42,333 nucleotides of DNA, from IMG/VR virus record IMGVR_UViG_3300045988_165172. One strand, written 5' to 3'. How positions within the stretch are numbered: position 1 is the stretch's first letter; the number at the start of each line of letters is the position of its first letter. Shown here in pieces: positions 8,199 through 16,907 of this stretch. The position numbers were made by a program, and so were the translations under genes. This stretch comes from a virus. Under the pieces are notes generated by a model. The model saw only the letters and a list, made by a program, of their open reading frames with translations. It was not told the DNA's origin and did no database searches.

Positions 8199-8275
8199 AA
8201 AAGTATAAAAGCAAATAAAACTTAACTAAAATTAAAAAAACAAAAATAATTCAACCTAGAGGAGGTGATAAACAA

Positions 8276-8488
8276 ATGAATAAATTAAGAGAACTTAGGG
8301 TAGAGAAAAAGTATAGACAGATAGATTTAGCTAAAAAAATAGGGGTAACAAGACAAGCATTTTCTTGTTATGAATTAGGGATAGCTAAACCATCATTAGA
8401 TAAAGCCAAGATGATTGCAGATATATTTGACTGTTCTATAGAAGAAATTTTTTTTAATAATGAATACAAATTAAATTCACCTAAATAA
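8276..8488 (+). CDS. Cro-like XRE-family HTH regulator
   Basis: 70 aa. HTH_3 motif (YRQIDLAKKIGVTRQAFSCYELGIAKPSLDKAKMIADIF). RBS GGAGGTG. Confidence 0.85.
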   Translation: MNKLRELRVEKKYRQIDLAKKIGVTRQAFSCYELGIAKPSLDKAKMIADIFDCSIEEIFFNNEYKLNSPK

Positions 8489-8531
8489 TGTGCAAACAAG
8501 TTTGATGTACTTGCAGAGAGGAGATTGAAAC

Positions 8532-9377
8532 ATGAACTATATAGATGAAATGAACAAAACTGTAGAAAGAATAGTACAAACAGTATCATCTAGAGAAGTA
8601 GCTGAAATGATGGAGGTTAGACATAGTGACTTATTAGAAAAGATAGAAAAAATAAATAAAGATTTTGAAAACGGAAAAATCCGTTCTCAAAAATATTGGA
8701 TAGAAGGAACTTATAAAGTTCCAGGTAACAACAAAACATACAGAGAGTTTCAAATTACAAAATTAGGTTGTGAATTTCTAGCACATAAAAGTACTGGAAC
8801 AAAAGGTAACTTATTTACCGCTAGATATATGGATAGATTCGAAGAAATGGAAAAAACATTAAAAGAACAAAATACACCTTCTTATATGATAGAAAATCCA
8901 GTAGAAAGAGCAAAACGTTGGATACTTGAATATCAAGAAAAAGAAAAATTAGTAATAGAAAATCAACAACAAACAAAAGTTATAGAAAAACAGTCCGAAG
9001 TTATAGGAGAAATGGCTCCAAAGGCAGAGTATTTTGATGCTTTAGTAGATAACAACTTACTTACAAATATAAGAGATACTGCTAAAGAATTAGGAATAAA
9101 AGAAAGAACTTTTACAGAGTGGTTAATTCAAAAGAATTTATGCTACAGAGATAAAAAAAGAAAAATTAAACCTTATGCAAATAAGATGAAGTACTTTGAA
9201 TTAAAAGAATTTACAACTGCTTGGGGACATAGCGACACACAAACACTTATAACTCCTAGAGGTAAAGAAACCTTTAGATTACTTCTTATAAAAGATGGAT
9301 TAATAAAAGATCATAACAAGCAATTAGAGTTAGGATTACCAGTTAACGAAGTTACAAAATCAGATTTTTATAATTAG
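8532..9377 (+). CDS. Antirepressor: Rha-like N-terminal domain plus ANT-like C-terminal domain
   Basis: Rha-like region (SSREVAEMMEVRHSDLLEKI). ANT-like region (YFDALVDNNLLTNIRDTAKELGIKERTFTEWL). Confidence 0.75.
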   Translation: MNYIDEMNKTVERIVQTVSSREVAEMMEVRHSDLLEKIEKINKDFENGKIRSQKYWIEGTYKVPGNNKTYREFQITKLGCEFLAHKSTGTKGNLFTARYMDRFEEMEKTLKEQNTPSYMIENPVERAKRWILEYQEKEKLVIENQQQTKVIEKQSEVIGEMAPKAEYFDALVDNNLLTNIRDTAKELGIKERTFTEWLIQKNLCYRDKKRKIKPYANKMKYFELKEFTTAWGHSDTQTLITPRGKETFRLLLIKDGLIKDHNKQLELGLPVNEVTKSDFYN

Positions 9378-9388
9378 GAGGATTAAAT

Positions 9389-9802
9389 ATGGAAGATAAT
9401 AAAAAAATTGGATTTACTTATTTGGGAGACATAAGAATAGAGAGAGCAAATGTTAGAGTGATAGAAATAGGGGCTGGAAGTCTTAAATTTGCACTAGACG
9501 AAAGATATCCTTACTACATAAAGGTTTATATAGGAGATAGCTCTGACGAAGGATTCGAATACATAGACGACATATCAGGGATAGATCCAAAAATAAATGA
9601 TGATGAATTTATGACAATAGTTCTTAATTATTGTGTGCAACATGTAGAGTTTATAACAAATAAAGCAATGGAGGAAAGGGTTCAAAATTACTATAAAAAG
9701 TTAGAAAAAGAGAATCAAAAGGTAAAACAAATTTTATCTCAATATACAGATGAACAGTTATTAAACGAAGTTAACGAAAGAGGGCTTTTAGGGGGTAACT
9801 AA
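9389..9802 (+). CDS. Hypothetical protein
   Basis: ORF with RBS AGGAGG. No motif recognised. Confidence 0.6.
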   Translation: MEDNKKIGFTYLGDIRIERANVRVIEIGAGSLKFALDERYPYYIKVYIGDSSDEGFEYIDDISGIDPKINDDEFMTIVLNYCVQHVEFITNKAMEERVQNYYKKLEKENQKVKQILSQYTDEQLLNEVNERGLLGGN

Positions 9803-9804
9803 AT

Positions 9805-10008
9805 ATGGCGATATACACAGGAACAGAACATTTTTACAGACGCAATCCAGAAGAAGTAGCCGACGTATTAAGACATAAAGGATTTAAGGAAGAATGGAGT
9901 ATTATAACTCCTTTTCAACAAGAAATAAAAATGTTTCATAAACTACAAAACAAATTCGCATTATTAAGAAAGCAAGGCAACCATACAGTAGTTGATTATA
10001 GTAGATAG
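9805..10008 (+). CDS. Hypothetical protein
   Basis: Tightly packed ORF in the early operon. Confidence 0.55.
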   Translation: MAIYTGTEHFYRRNPEEVADVLRHKGFKEEWSIITPFQQEIKMFHKLQNKFALLRKQGNHTVVDYSR

Positions 10009-10141
10009 GAGGTAACAATGGCAAAATACATAGCAGTAAGTTTTATATTTAGCATCGGATTTTTTTAGGGGCATGGTGGAGAAGTATCCACGAATAGGAC
10101 AAATTTTAGACAGCATATTTTTTATAAAAGGGGGTGCTTAG

Positions 10142-10318
10142 ATGGAGTATAAAGTAACAGGACAATATGAAAACGACAGAGCAAAAGTAATTATGATGTC
10201 TCCAGTAGGGCTTACAGAAGAGGAAAGAACAATAATATTAAAAGATATAAAGAAAGCGTTTTACGAAATAGCAAAATACAATTATCTACAAGCACGAGAA
10301 GAAAGTGCTGGCGCTTAA
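10142..10318 (+). CDS. Hypothetical protein (58 aa), not in the ORF track
   Basis: RBS AAGGGGG upstream of the ATG. The frame was read by hand and ends ...ESAGA. Confidence 0.5.
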   Translation: MEYKVTGQYENDRAKVIMMSPVGLTEEERTIILKDIKKAFYEIAKYNYLQAREESAGA

Positions 10319-10333
10319 AAAGGAGGTGATTAT

Positions 10334-10438
10334 ATGAAATGTACACCAGAGGTCCTAAACTACCTAGCAAACAAATATCCAAGTATGACAGTAAAACAAC
10401 TTATAGAGTTAATGAAATCAAAATGCAACTGGAGATAA
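10334..10438 (+). CDS. Hypothetical protein (34 aa), not in the ORF track
   Basis: RBS AAGGAGGTG 5 nt upstream of the ATG. Confidence 0.45.
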   Translation: MKCTPEVLNYLANKYPSMTVKQLIELMKSKCNWR

Positions 10439-10450
10439 GGGGGATAACAA

Positions 10451-10678
10451 ATGAAGAGTAAAGAACAAATTTACAATGATGTAAAAGAGCTTGTTGAAGC
10501 TCAAGATAAAGAAAATTACTTAGCATACTACAAAGTATTTTTAGACAACTCAGGAAGACATGACATACCAACAGAAGAAAAAGAAAACATAATCAATCAA
10601 GCATACTCAAAATATGAACAACAATCAGCAGAATTATATGACATCTTAGATCATGCATACCTAGATTTTATCTCATAA
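10451..10678 (+). CDS. Hypothetical protein
   Basis: ORF with RBS AAGGGGG. Confidence 0.6.
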   Translation: MKSKEQIYNDVKELVEAQDKENYLAYYKVFLDNSGRHDIPTEEKENIINQAYSKYEQQSAELYDILDHAYLDFIS

Positions 10679-10685
10679 AAAAACA

Positions 10686-10715
10686 AGCTATCTAGAGTAC
10701 CGAATCTAGATAGCT
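10686..10715. terminator. Strong hairpin (11-bp stem, 8-nt loop); the U tract is on the - strand only
   Basis: AGCTATCTAGA pairs with TCTAGATAGCT. It is preceded by A7 on the + strand, which reads as a T run after the hairpin on the - strand. Confidence 0.4.
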
Positions 10716-10771
10716 AACAAATACTATATGTAATATAAGATACTTAAATTATAACATAAAAGGGGGATAAT

Positions 10772-11077
10772 ATGAAGTTAAAATTGCAATCTGAGGGAGT
10801 AAAACAATCCGACATAAAAACACTAGAACAAAGATTATTCCTAGTTAGATTATACAGAAATGAAAGCGACCCAGAAGGTCGATTAGGTTTCATAGAAGGA
10901 GCAGAATTTGCTTTAAATAACAGAAAAAACATGACAATAGGAGATTTTAAAAGACATTACATAAAAACATATGAAAAAATAGGACAAGTAAAACATGACA
11001 GTTATGAAAGCAGTTTATTATATGCTTTACGACTTAATATAGAAGAATTAGAGAGAAATAAGGAGGTTGAGTTTTAA
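10772..11077 (+). CDS. Hypothetical protein
   Basis: RBS AAGGGGG. The stop overlaps the start of the ERF gene. Confidence 0.6.
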   Translation: MKLKLQSEGVKQSDIKTLEQRLFLVRLYRNESDPEGRLGFIEGAEFALNNRKNMTIGDFKRHYIKTYEKIGQVKHDSYESSLLYALRLNIEELERNKEVEF

Positions 11078-11703
11078 TGGCAGATAACCTATATCAAAAG
11101 TTATTAGCTATACAAGGAGAATTGAAATGTAATAAGTCTCAATACAATTCCTTCGGGAAATATAGCTATAGAAGTTGTGAAGATATTTTAGAAGCAGTAA
11201 AAAATCTACTTGTAAAATATCAAGCAACAATAATAATCACAGATGAAATTAAACTTATAGGTGACAGATATTATGTAGAAGCGAAAGTTAAATTTATAGA
11301 TGTAGTAAGTGGACAATTTATAGAAAATAGTGCATTAGCTAGAGAGGACGAACAACAGAAGGGAATGTCAGCTAGTCAAATTACTGGAAGTTGCAGTAGT
11401 TATGCTAGGAAGTATGCTTTAGGAGCAATGTTGCTGCTTGATGATGTAAAGGATGCCGATGCAATTCATAGCAAAGAAGATAGCAACAAATCACATAGTC
11501 AAATAGATACAACAAGCACTAGAAAATTATCGGACAAGCAGTTAGCTAGATTATATGCAATAGCTAATAAAGCTGGAGCAGATAAAGATCTAGTTAAACA
11601 ACAGGTTATGAAAAAGTTCAACAAAGAAGTAAAAGAACTAACTAAACAAGAGTACGATATAGTTTGCAATGGGTACGAAAAGGCAGCAGAAAAAACAGCA
11701 TAG
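11077..11703 (+). CDS. erf: ERF-family single-strand annealing recombinase
   Basis: ERF-like N-terminal pattern (LYQKLLAIQGEL...YSYRSCEDILEAVKNLL) and the SSYARKYALGAMLLLDDVKDAD block. Confidence 0.75.
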   Translation: MADNLYQKLLAIQGELKCNKSQYNSFGKYSYRSCEDILEAVKNLLVKYQATIIITDEIKLIGDRYYVEAKVKFIDVVSGQFIENSALAREDEQQKGMSASQITGSCSSYARKYALGAMLLLDDVKDADAIHSKEDSNKSHSQIDTTSTRKLSDKQLARLYAIANKAGADKDLVKQQVMKKFNKEVKELTKQEYDIVCNGYEKAAEKTA

Positions 11704-11730
11704 AGAAACTAGGGAGGGGAGTAATAAAAA

Positions 11731-11754
11731 AGAAAGGGGTTTATTCCCCTTTCT
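11731..11754. terminator. Hairpin terminator (AGAAAGGGG / CCCCTTTCT); the T run is on the - strand
   Basis: 9-bp stem with a 6-nt loop. It overlaps the stop codon of the - strand RHH gene. Confidence 0.6.
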
Positions 11755-11890
11755 CCGAGTTAACTTTAACATAATCTTTTAAAACTTTAATTATTAGATT
11801 TGATAAAGATCTATCTTCTTTAATTGCTATTTGCTCTAGTTTTTCTCTTAAATCATTTGGCATTCTAAATGTAAATTGTTTAGTCGACAT
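11741..11890 (-). CDS. Ribbon-helix-helix (Arc/CopG-like) DNA-binding protein, 49 aa, not in the ORF track
   Basis: MSTKQFTFRMPNDLREKLEQIAIKEDRSLSNLIIKVLKDYV is a textbook RHH beta-alpha-alpha pattern. RBS AGGTGG. The gene runs opposite to the surrounding operon. Confidence 0.7.
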   Translation of the reverse strand: MSTKQFTFRMPNDLREKLEQIAIKEDRSLSNLIIKVLKDYVKVNSEKGE

Positions 11891-11978
11891 ACAATACACC
11901 ACCTTTGCTTTTTATTTACATTTTAACATATTCAAGTAAGATAAAGCAATATTATTATATTATTTTGCAAGACAAGTA

Positions 11979-12007
11979 TTTACAATGTAAGACAAAAATA
12001 GTATAAT
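11979..12007 (+). promoter_or_regulatory. Candidate promoter for the replication genes (TTTACA-17 nt-TATAAT)
   Basis: Hexamers and spacing were read from the sequence. It is flanked by a direct repeat AAGACAA x2. Confidence 0.5.
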
Positions 12008-12052
12008 ATAACTATAAAGATACGAAATTTGACTAAAGGGGGCGAGCAGATA

Positions 12053-12790
12053 ATGAATGAATTACAAAAATCTTATTATGCGATAATTCCAGCTAATGTA
12101 AGATATGATAATGATTTAACTCCTAATGCAAAGCTACTATATGGAGAAATAACTGCTTTATGTAATGAAAAAGGTTATTGCTGGGCTAGTAATAATTACT
12201 TTGCAGAGTTATATAAGGTATCTAAGAAATCTATTTCAAAATGGATAAACCAACTAATACAAAAGGGATATATAAAATCACAAATCATATATAAAGAAGG
12301 AAGCAAAAGTATAGAAGAAAGAAGGTTGTATATAAGTACCCCTATGGAAGAAAAGTTCCATACCCCTTCACCAAAAGTTCTGTACCCTATGGAAGAAAAG
12401 TTCCATACCCCTATGGAAGAAAAGGTTAAGGATAATAATACATATATTAATAATACAAATAATAATGCTGTTATTTCTTTAGATGATATAGACAATATAT
12501 GGAAATTATATCCTAATAAGAAAGATAAAGCTAAAGCCTATAAGTACATTAAAAGAATACTTACAAAAGAAAAGATAAGTGTAGAAGAATTAGAAAGAGC
12601 AGTAAAAAGATATGCTAAAGAAAAAGAAAATACAGACAAGCAATATATAAAACATGGAAGCACATTCTTTAATGGAGCTTATATAGATTATTTAGATGAA
12701 AACTACCAACCAAGTGAATCAGTTCAACCAACTACAAAAATCGAATCATCATTAGACTTGCTAGACTTGATAAATGGACCTGGGGAATAG
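12053..12790 (+). CDS. Replication initiator / replisome organiser (DnaD-like, N-terminal winged HTH)
   Basis: YYAIIPANVRYDNDLTPNAKLLYGEITALCNEKGYCWASNNYFAELYKVSKKSISKWINQLIQKGYI is the common phage initiator HTH pattern. The gene is followed by the helicase. ATG at 12053 has RBS AAGGGGG. Confidence 0.7.
   Translation: MNELQKSYYAIIPANVRYDNDLTPNAKLLYGEITALCNEKGYCWASNNYFAELYKVSKKSISKWINQLIQKGYIKSQIIYKEGSKSIEERRLYISTPMEEKFHTPSPKVLYPMEEKFHTPMEEKVKDNNTYINNTNNNAVISLDDIDNIWKLYPNKKDKAKAYKYIKRILTKEKISVEELERAVKRYAKEKENTDKQYIKHGSTFFNGAYIDYLDENYQPSESVQPTTKIESSLDLLDLINGPGE
12341..12424 (+). repeat. Iteron-like direct repeats inside the initiator gene (candidate ori)
   Basis: CCTATGGAAGAAAAGTTCCATACCCCT occurs at 12341..12367 and 12386..12412. 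A partial third copy lies at 12410..12424. The repeats encode PMEEKFHTP. Confidence 0.6.
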
Positions 12791-12798
12791 GAGGATTT

Positions 12799-14130
12799 AT
12801 GAACAATTATTTATACAATTTAGAATATGAAAGAATAGTTCTCGGGAGGGTATTGTTAGAACCTAACTTATTTGAAGTAATACAGGATTTATCAGAAGAA
12901 ACTTTTTATTTCGAATATAATAAAGTTATTTATAAAGCAATGAAGCTACTGGATAAAGAAAAATCACCGATTGATCTAATAAGTTTAGTAAATAAGATAG
13001 AACAAATAGATAATACAGTTGAAATGATGTATATAACGAATTTAAACCAATATGCTGCAACAGCAAGTAATATAGAGTTTTATATTGGTGAACTAAAAGA
13101 AATGAAACAAAAAAGAGATACAGTAGAACTTGCTAAAAGCCTTATAGAAGGGATTCAAACAGGTAGAAATATAAATACTTGCATTAACACTTTTGAAACT
13201 GGAACAAAGGCAAATAAAGAAGTAGATGAAGATAATGCATTGAGTTCTATAATAGCAAATATGTTTGACAAGTTAGGGGAAAAGATAGAACGTGTATTAA
13301 CTGGAATAAAAATAGTGGACAAGCTAACAGAAGGCGGATTAGCTAAAAAAGAATTACTTACTATAGGAGCTAAAAGTGGAGTTGGGAAAAGCGCTATGAG
13401 CTTAAGAATGGCTATCAACATGCTTAAACAGGACAAAAAAGTCCTAATAGTTAGCAGAGAGATGAGCAAAGAGCAAGTAGCTGAAAGAATCTTACTGAGT
13501 TATGCAGGGATAACAAGACAAGAATATCGTAGTGGAGAGTTATCATCAAGCAAGACCAAGAGAGTGATAGAGGCTATGGAGAACCTTAACACAGATAATT
13601 TAAGGATAGATGACTCGATAAGCACGATAGCGCAGATTAAAAAGGCGCTAAGGACATATAAGCCGGACGTACTTATAGTAGATTATGTACAACTATTAAC
13701 TCCAACAGATACAAAGGTCCCTAGAGAACGACAAGTAGCAGAATTGTCGAGGGAATTAAAGAATATAACATTAGATTACAACATGATAGTGATACAGCTA
13801 ACACAACTAGCGGATAAAGGTACTGGAAATTATAGACCACATGGTGAAACTTATTGTAGAGAATCAAGGGCAATATACCAAGATAGCAATCAAGTGGTTT
13901 ACATACATGAAGTTACAGAAGAGAAGGAATTAGAACAAGCATGGAAAAGAACAGGTTTTAATGAAGGCACTAGACTAGAAGAATTTATCGAAAGCATGAG
14001 GGATAAAAAAGAAAAAGGTTATACATTAGTTGAAGTAATTCTGGATAAGAATCGAGATGGAGATAAAGGGTCTAGATATTATCTGTTCTGCGGAAAGGAA
14101 TTAATGTATTATCCTATAGGAAATAAATAG
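12799..14130 (+). CDS. Replicative DNA helicase, DnaB-like
   Basis: DnaB N-terminal pattern (EYERIVLGRVLLEP), Walker A GAKSGVGKSA, and the DYVQLL block. Confidence 0.85.
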   Translation: MNNYLYNLEYERIVLGRVLLEPNLFEVIQDLSEETFYFEYNKVIYKAMKLLDKEKSPIDLISLVNKIEQIDNTVEMMYITNLNQYAATASNIEFYIGELKEMKQKRDTVELAKSLIEGIQTGRNINTCINTFETGTKANKEVDEDNALSSIIANMFDKLGEKIERVLTGIKIVDKLTEGGLAKKELLTIGAKSGVGKSAMSLRMAINMLKQDKKVLIVSREMSKEQVAERILLSYAGITRQEYRSGELSSSKTKRVIEAMENLNTDNLRIDDSISTIAQIKKALRTYKPDVLIVDYVQLLTPTDTKVPRERQVAELSRELKNITLDYNMIVIQLTQLADKGTGNYRPHGETYCRESRAIYQDSNQVVYIHEVTEEKELEQAWKRTGFNEGTRLEEFIESMRDKKEKGYTLVEVILDKNRDGDKGSRYYLFCGKELMYYPIGNK

Positions 14131-14141
14131 GGGGCACGGAG

Positions 14142-14342
14142 ATGGAACTGTATAAAAATTACAACGAAAAAACCATAAAATTTATAAAAGAGTTAGGATT
14201 TTATGGCAAAACACCAAAGGAAATAGAATTACTAATTGTTTCAGAACTAGAAAAATGCAAGAAAAATAGCACTGATGAGGAAATAAAAACCATTGCAGAA
14301 GTTCAAGGACGTTTATTGGAGCATATAAAAACTATGAAGTAA
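14142..14342 (+). CDS. Hypothetical protein
   Basis: ORF with RBS in the operon. Confidence 0.55.
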   Translation: MELYKNYNEKTIKFIKELGFYGKTPKEIELLIVSELEKCKKNSTDEEIKTIAEVQGRLLEHIKTMK

Positions 14343-14382
14343 CTACAGGGGCTTAAACAAGCCTCTAGAAAGGGGGATAATC

Positions 14383-14937
14383 ATGGCAAATAAACCAATA
14401 ACAGAAGATGAAAAATGTAAGATAAAAGAATTGTACGAAAAAGGTTATAGTATCCTACGAATAGCAAACGAAATAGGCAGAAGTGACGGAACTGTAAAAA
14501 AATATGTACAAGAAATGAAACTTGTAAAACCACCAAGACCAAGCTTAGTAGGGGAAAAATTCGCAAGATTGACAGTATTGGAATTGGATTATGTGAAAAG
14601 TAGAAGAAGATACTGGAGATGCAAATGCGAATGCGGAAATGTAGTAACGGTAAGCGAGGGCAACTTAAAGCATGGTATAACAAAATCTTGTGGGTGCATA
14701 AAGAAAGAGTACCTACAAAACAGAAAAAAGGGGAAAACAACGAAAAGAGTTAAGCCAAGAAAAAACAAAGGTGGCGTGTATTATTTCCAACCAGGTGACA
14801 TAGTCTTAAAAGGCAATTATGAAGTAGAAGGATATAAAAGAGGAGGAGAAGTAAAAGAATTCAAAATGTCGCCTGAGGAATTAAAGAAATACCTAAAGGA
14901 GCTTGAAACGAAAGAAGTAAAAAGAAGGGGGAGATAA
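14383..14937 (+). CDS. Hypothetical DNA-binding protein (N-terminal HTH plus Cys4 ribbon)
   Basis: HTH-like region KELYEKGYSILRIANEIGRSDGTVKKY, then WRCKCECGN...KSCGC. Confidence 0.5.
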   Translation: MANKPITEDEKCKIKELYEKGYSILRIANEIGRSDGTVKKYVQEMKLVKPPRPSLVGEKFARLTVLELDYVKSRRRYWRCKCECGNVVTVSEGNLKHGITKSCGCIKKEYLQNRKKGKTTKRVKPRKNKGGVYYFQPGDIVLKGNYEVEGYKRGGEVKEFKMSPEELKKYLKELETKEVKRRGR

Positions 14938-14938
14938 C

Positions 14939-15340
14939 ATGGGACAAAATCTAATTGTAGCTAAAAATATAAAAACTGGAGAAGTGGTAGAATTTGCAAC
15001 ACAAAAGGAGGCAACAGACTACTTTAAAGGGATATATGGAGATAAAATAAGAAATTCAAACGTAGTAGCAATGTTAAAACAAAAAACAGCTTACAAAGGA
15101 ACATGGGATGTTAACTACATAGGAGATGGACAAATTACAAAAAAATGCGACCATTGTGGTAAAGAATTTAAGACAAGAAGAAAACAACAAAGATTTTGCG
15201 ATGGAGTTTGTAGAGATGACTACTATGCTGAAAAAGCATTAGTTGATTATAAAGACAAACTAATACCAAAAAAGTCAGAAAAGGAAAAAGAACTTATACA
15301 TAAATTATATCTTATGCTTGAACCGATTAGAACTAAATAG
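14939..15340 (+). CDS. Hypothetical protein with C-terminal zinc ribbon
   Basis: CDHCGKEF...RFCDGVCRDDYY. The N-terminus resembles NUMOD-type DNA-binding modules. Confidence 0.5.
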   Translation: MGQNLIVAKNIKTGEVVEFATQKEATDYFKGIYGDKIRNSNVVAMLKQKTAYKGTWDVNYIGDGQITKKCDHCGKEFKTRRKQQRFCDGVCRDDYYAEKALVDYKDKLIPKKSEKEKELIHKLYLMLEPIRTK

Positions 15341-15350
15341 GGGGCAGGAT

Positions 15351-15818
15351 ATGGACAGATATACACTAGATAGAAATTCAGAAGGCTACGCAGATGACAC
15401 AGCATATAAAGCTATAAGAAATGCAGATAGAGATTTAGAAACTAAAGCAACGGGAGGACTAAAAATGAAAGGTGAAGATTTAGAACAAGCAACTCTAATT
15501 CAATGGTGCAATTTACAATCTTGTAAATATTCGGAGTTAAAATTAATATTCGCTATTCCTAATGGTGGATATAGAAACAAAGGAGAAGCAAGAAAACTAA
15601 AAGCTACAGGGACAAAATCAGGAGTGCCAGATTTGTTCCTGGCTGTTCCGAGAAATAACAAATCAGGATTATTCATCGAAATGAAGGTCGGTAGAAACAA
15701 ATGTACCGACAATCAAAAGAAATGGATTAGAGAGCTAATCAATCAAAATTACGAGGTAAAGGTTTGTTATAGCGCAGAAGAGGCTATTCAGATCATTAAG
15801 AGATATTTGGGAATATAG
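15351..15818 (+). CDS. VRR-NUC domain nuclease
   Basis: GVPDLFLAV...LFIEMKVG...QKKWIRELI matches the D-ExK VRR-NUC core. ATG at 15351 has RBS AGGGGG; the ORF-track TTG at 15318 overlaps the previous gene. Confidence 0.7.
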   Translation: MDRYTLDRNSEGYADDTAYKAIRNADRDLETKATGGLKMKGEDLEQATLIQWCNLQSCKYSELKLIFAIPNGGYRNKGEARKLKATGTKSGVPDLFLAVPRNNKSGLFIEMKVGRNKCTDNQKKWIRELINQNYEVKVCYSAEEAIQIIKRYLGI

Positions 15819-15820
15819 AT

Positions 15821-16081
15821 ATGGAATTTGAATGTGAAAACCTAACAACTCTAGGATGCCCAAGAATGGATGCAGTAAAAGAACTAATGCTACTGGAACA
15901 AATAGAAAACAATGTAGAACTGGACTTAAAAAATATTTGTAGGAATCAATGTTGTAAAGACTGCGACAATCTTAATAAATGTGGTTATACATGTGGCAGA
16001 ATTAGTTGGAAGGATCCGGTAGAAGAATTTAAACAAGAAGAAATTAAGTCGATAGAATATACACAACTTAGTTTCTTCTAG
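15821..16081 (+). CDS. Hypothetical Cys-rich protein
   Basis: ORF only. Contains CCKDCDNLNKCGYTCG. Confidence 0.5.
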   Translation: MEFECENLTTLGCPRMDAVKELMLLEQIENNVELDLKNICRNQCCKDCDNLNKCGYTCGRISWKDPVEEFKQEEIKSIEYTQLSFF

Positions 16082-16094
16082 GGGGTAAAAACCT

Positions 16095-16637
16095 ATGAAT
16101 GAATATAGAGAATGGGCAAAAGAAAAAGGATTATGTGTGAATTGCCTTAAAGAAAAAGCATTAAAAGGGAGAACAATGTGTGCTGAATGCTTAGATAAAC
16201 ATAAAGAACGTTGTGAAAAAACTAGAAGTGAAAAATCAAAAGAACAAAGAAGAAAATATATAAAAAGAAAAAGAGATTTATGTATAGCATTTGGTATATG
16301 TAGAGAATGTTTGAAAAGGGAAGCGAAGATAGGAAATAAATGCTTGGAATGCCACGTTAAAGAGATTAAGAGAAATAGAAACAGAACGATACAAAAGACA
16401 GTTCCAAGAAGCTTAAGAGTAGAAGTGGGATTGTGCTATATATGTGGGCAAAAAGTATTAGAAGGTAAAAAATTATGTGAAAAACATTACAAAATAGCCT
16501 GTAAAAATATAGAAAAGGGTAGAAATAGTGTTAATTTACAAGAACATTATTGGCGTAAACTTGATAGCGCTTATGTTAAAAGAAATCATTTTTATAAAGA
16601 GCAGAATAAGAAAATGATTGAAGGTGAAAGTCTATGA
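16095..16637 (+). CDS. Hypothetical protein with three CxxC...CxxC zinc-ribbon repeats
   Basis: GLCVNC...CAEC, then CRECLK...CLEC, then GLCYICG...CEKH. Confidence 0.5.
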   Translation: MNEYREWAKEKGLCVNCLKEKALKGRTMCAECLDKHKERCEKTRSEKSKEQRRKYIKRKRDLCIAFGICRECLKREAKIGNKCLECHVKEIKRNRNRTIQKTVPRSLRVEVGLCYICGQKVLEGKKLCEKHYKIACKNIEKGRNSVNLQEHYWRKLDSAYVKRNHFYKEQNKKMIEGESL

Positions 16638-16781
16638 AAATAAATAAAATTCAATATTTACAAATCCTTGTAAACAAGGTTATGAGATTTGAGGATTACT
16701 TAGTCCAATAGTTTGACAAACCATCTTAAAGTTAGGTGAAATATTGGATTATATAGGAGTTAAGTATTAGGAGGTGATTAA

Positions 16782-16907
16782 TTGATATTAGCAAGATACA
16801 AAGAATTAGTCGAACTGGCTAAGAAATACATAGAAAAGGGATATAGCACATTGGAAGCAATTAAATTAGCTGAAAAGGAATTGGAGGGAGATTATGAGAG
16901 AAATTAA
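16782..16907 (+). CDS. Possible small ORF (41 aa, TTG start)
   Basis: RBS AGGAGGTG 5 nt upstream of the TTG. It overlaps the yopX-like start by 14 nt. Confidence 0.3.
   Translation: MILARYKELVELAKKYIEKGYSTLEAIKLAEKELEGDYERN

Noticed and set aside
11741-11890. The RHH protein as the antitoxin of a toxin-antitoxin pair.
   Set aside because: No co-oriented ORF follows it. Its terminator comes immediately, and then the convergent end of the ERF gene.
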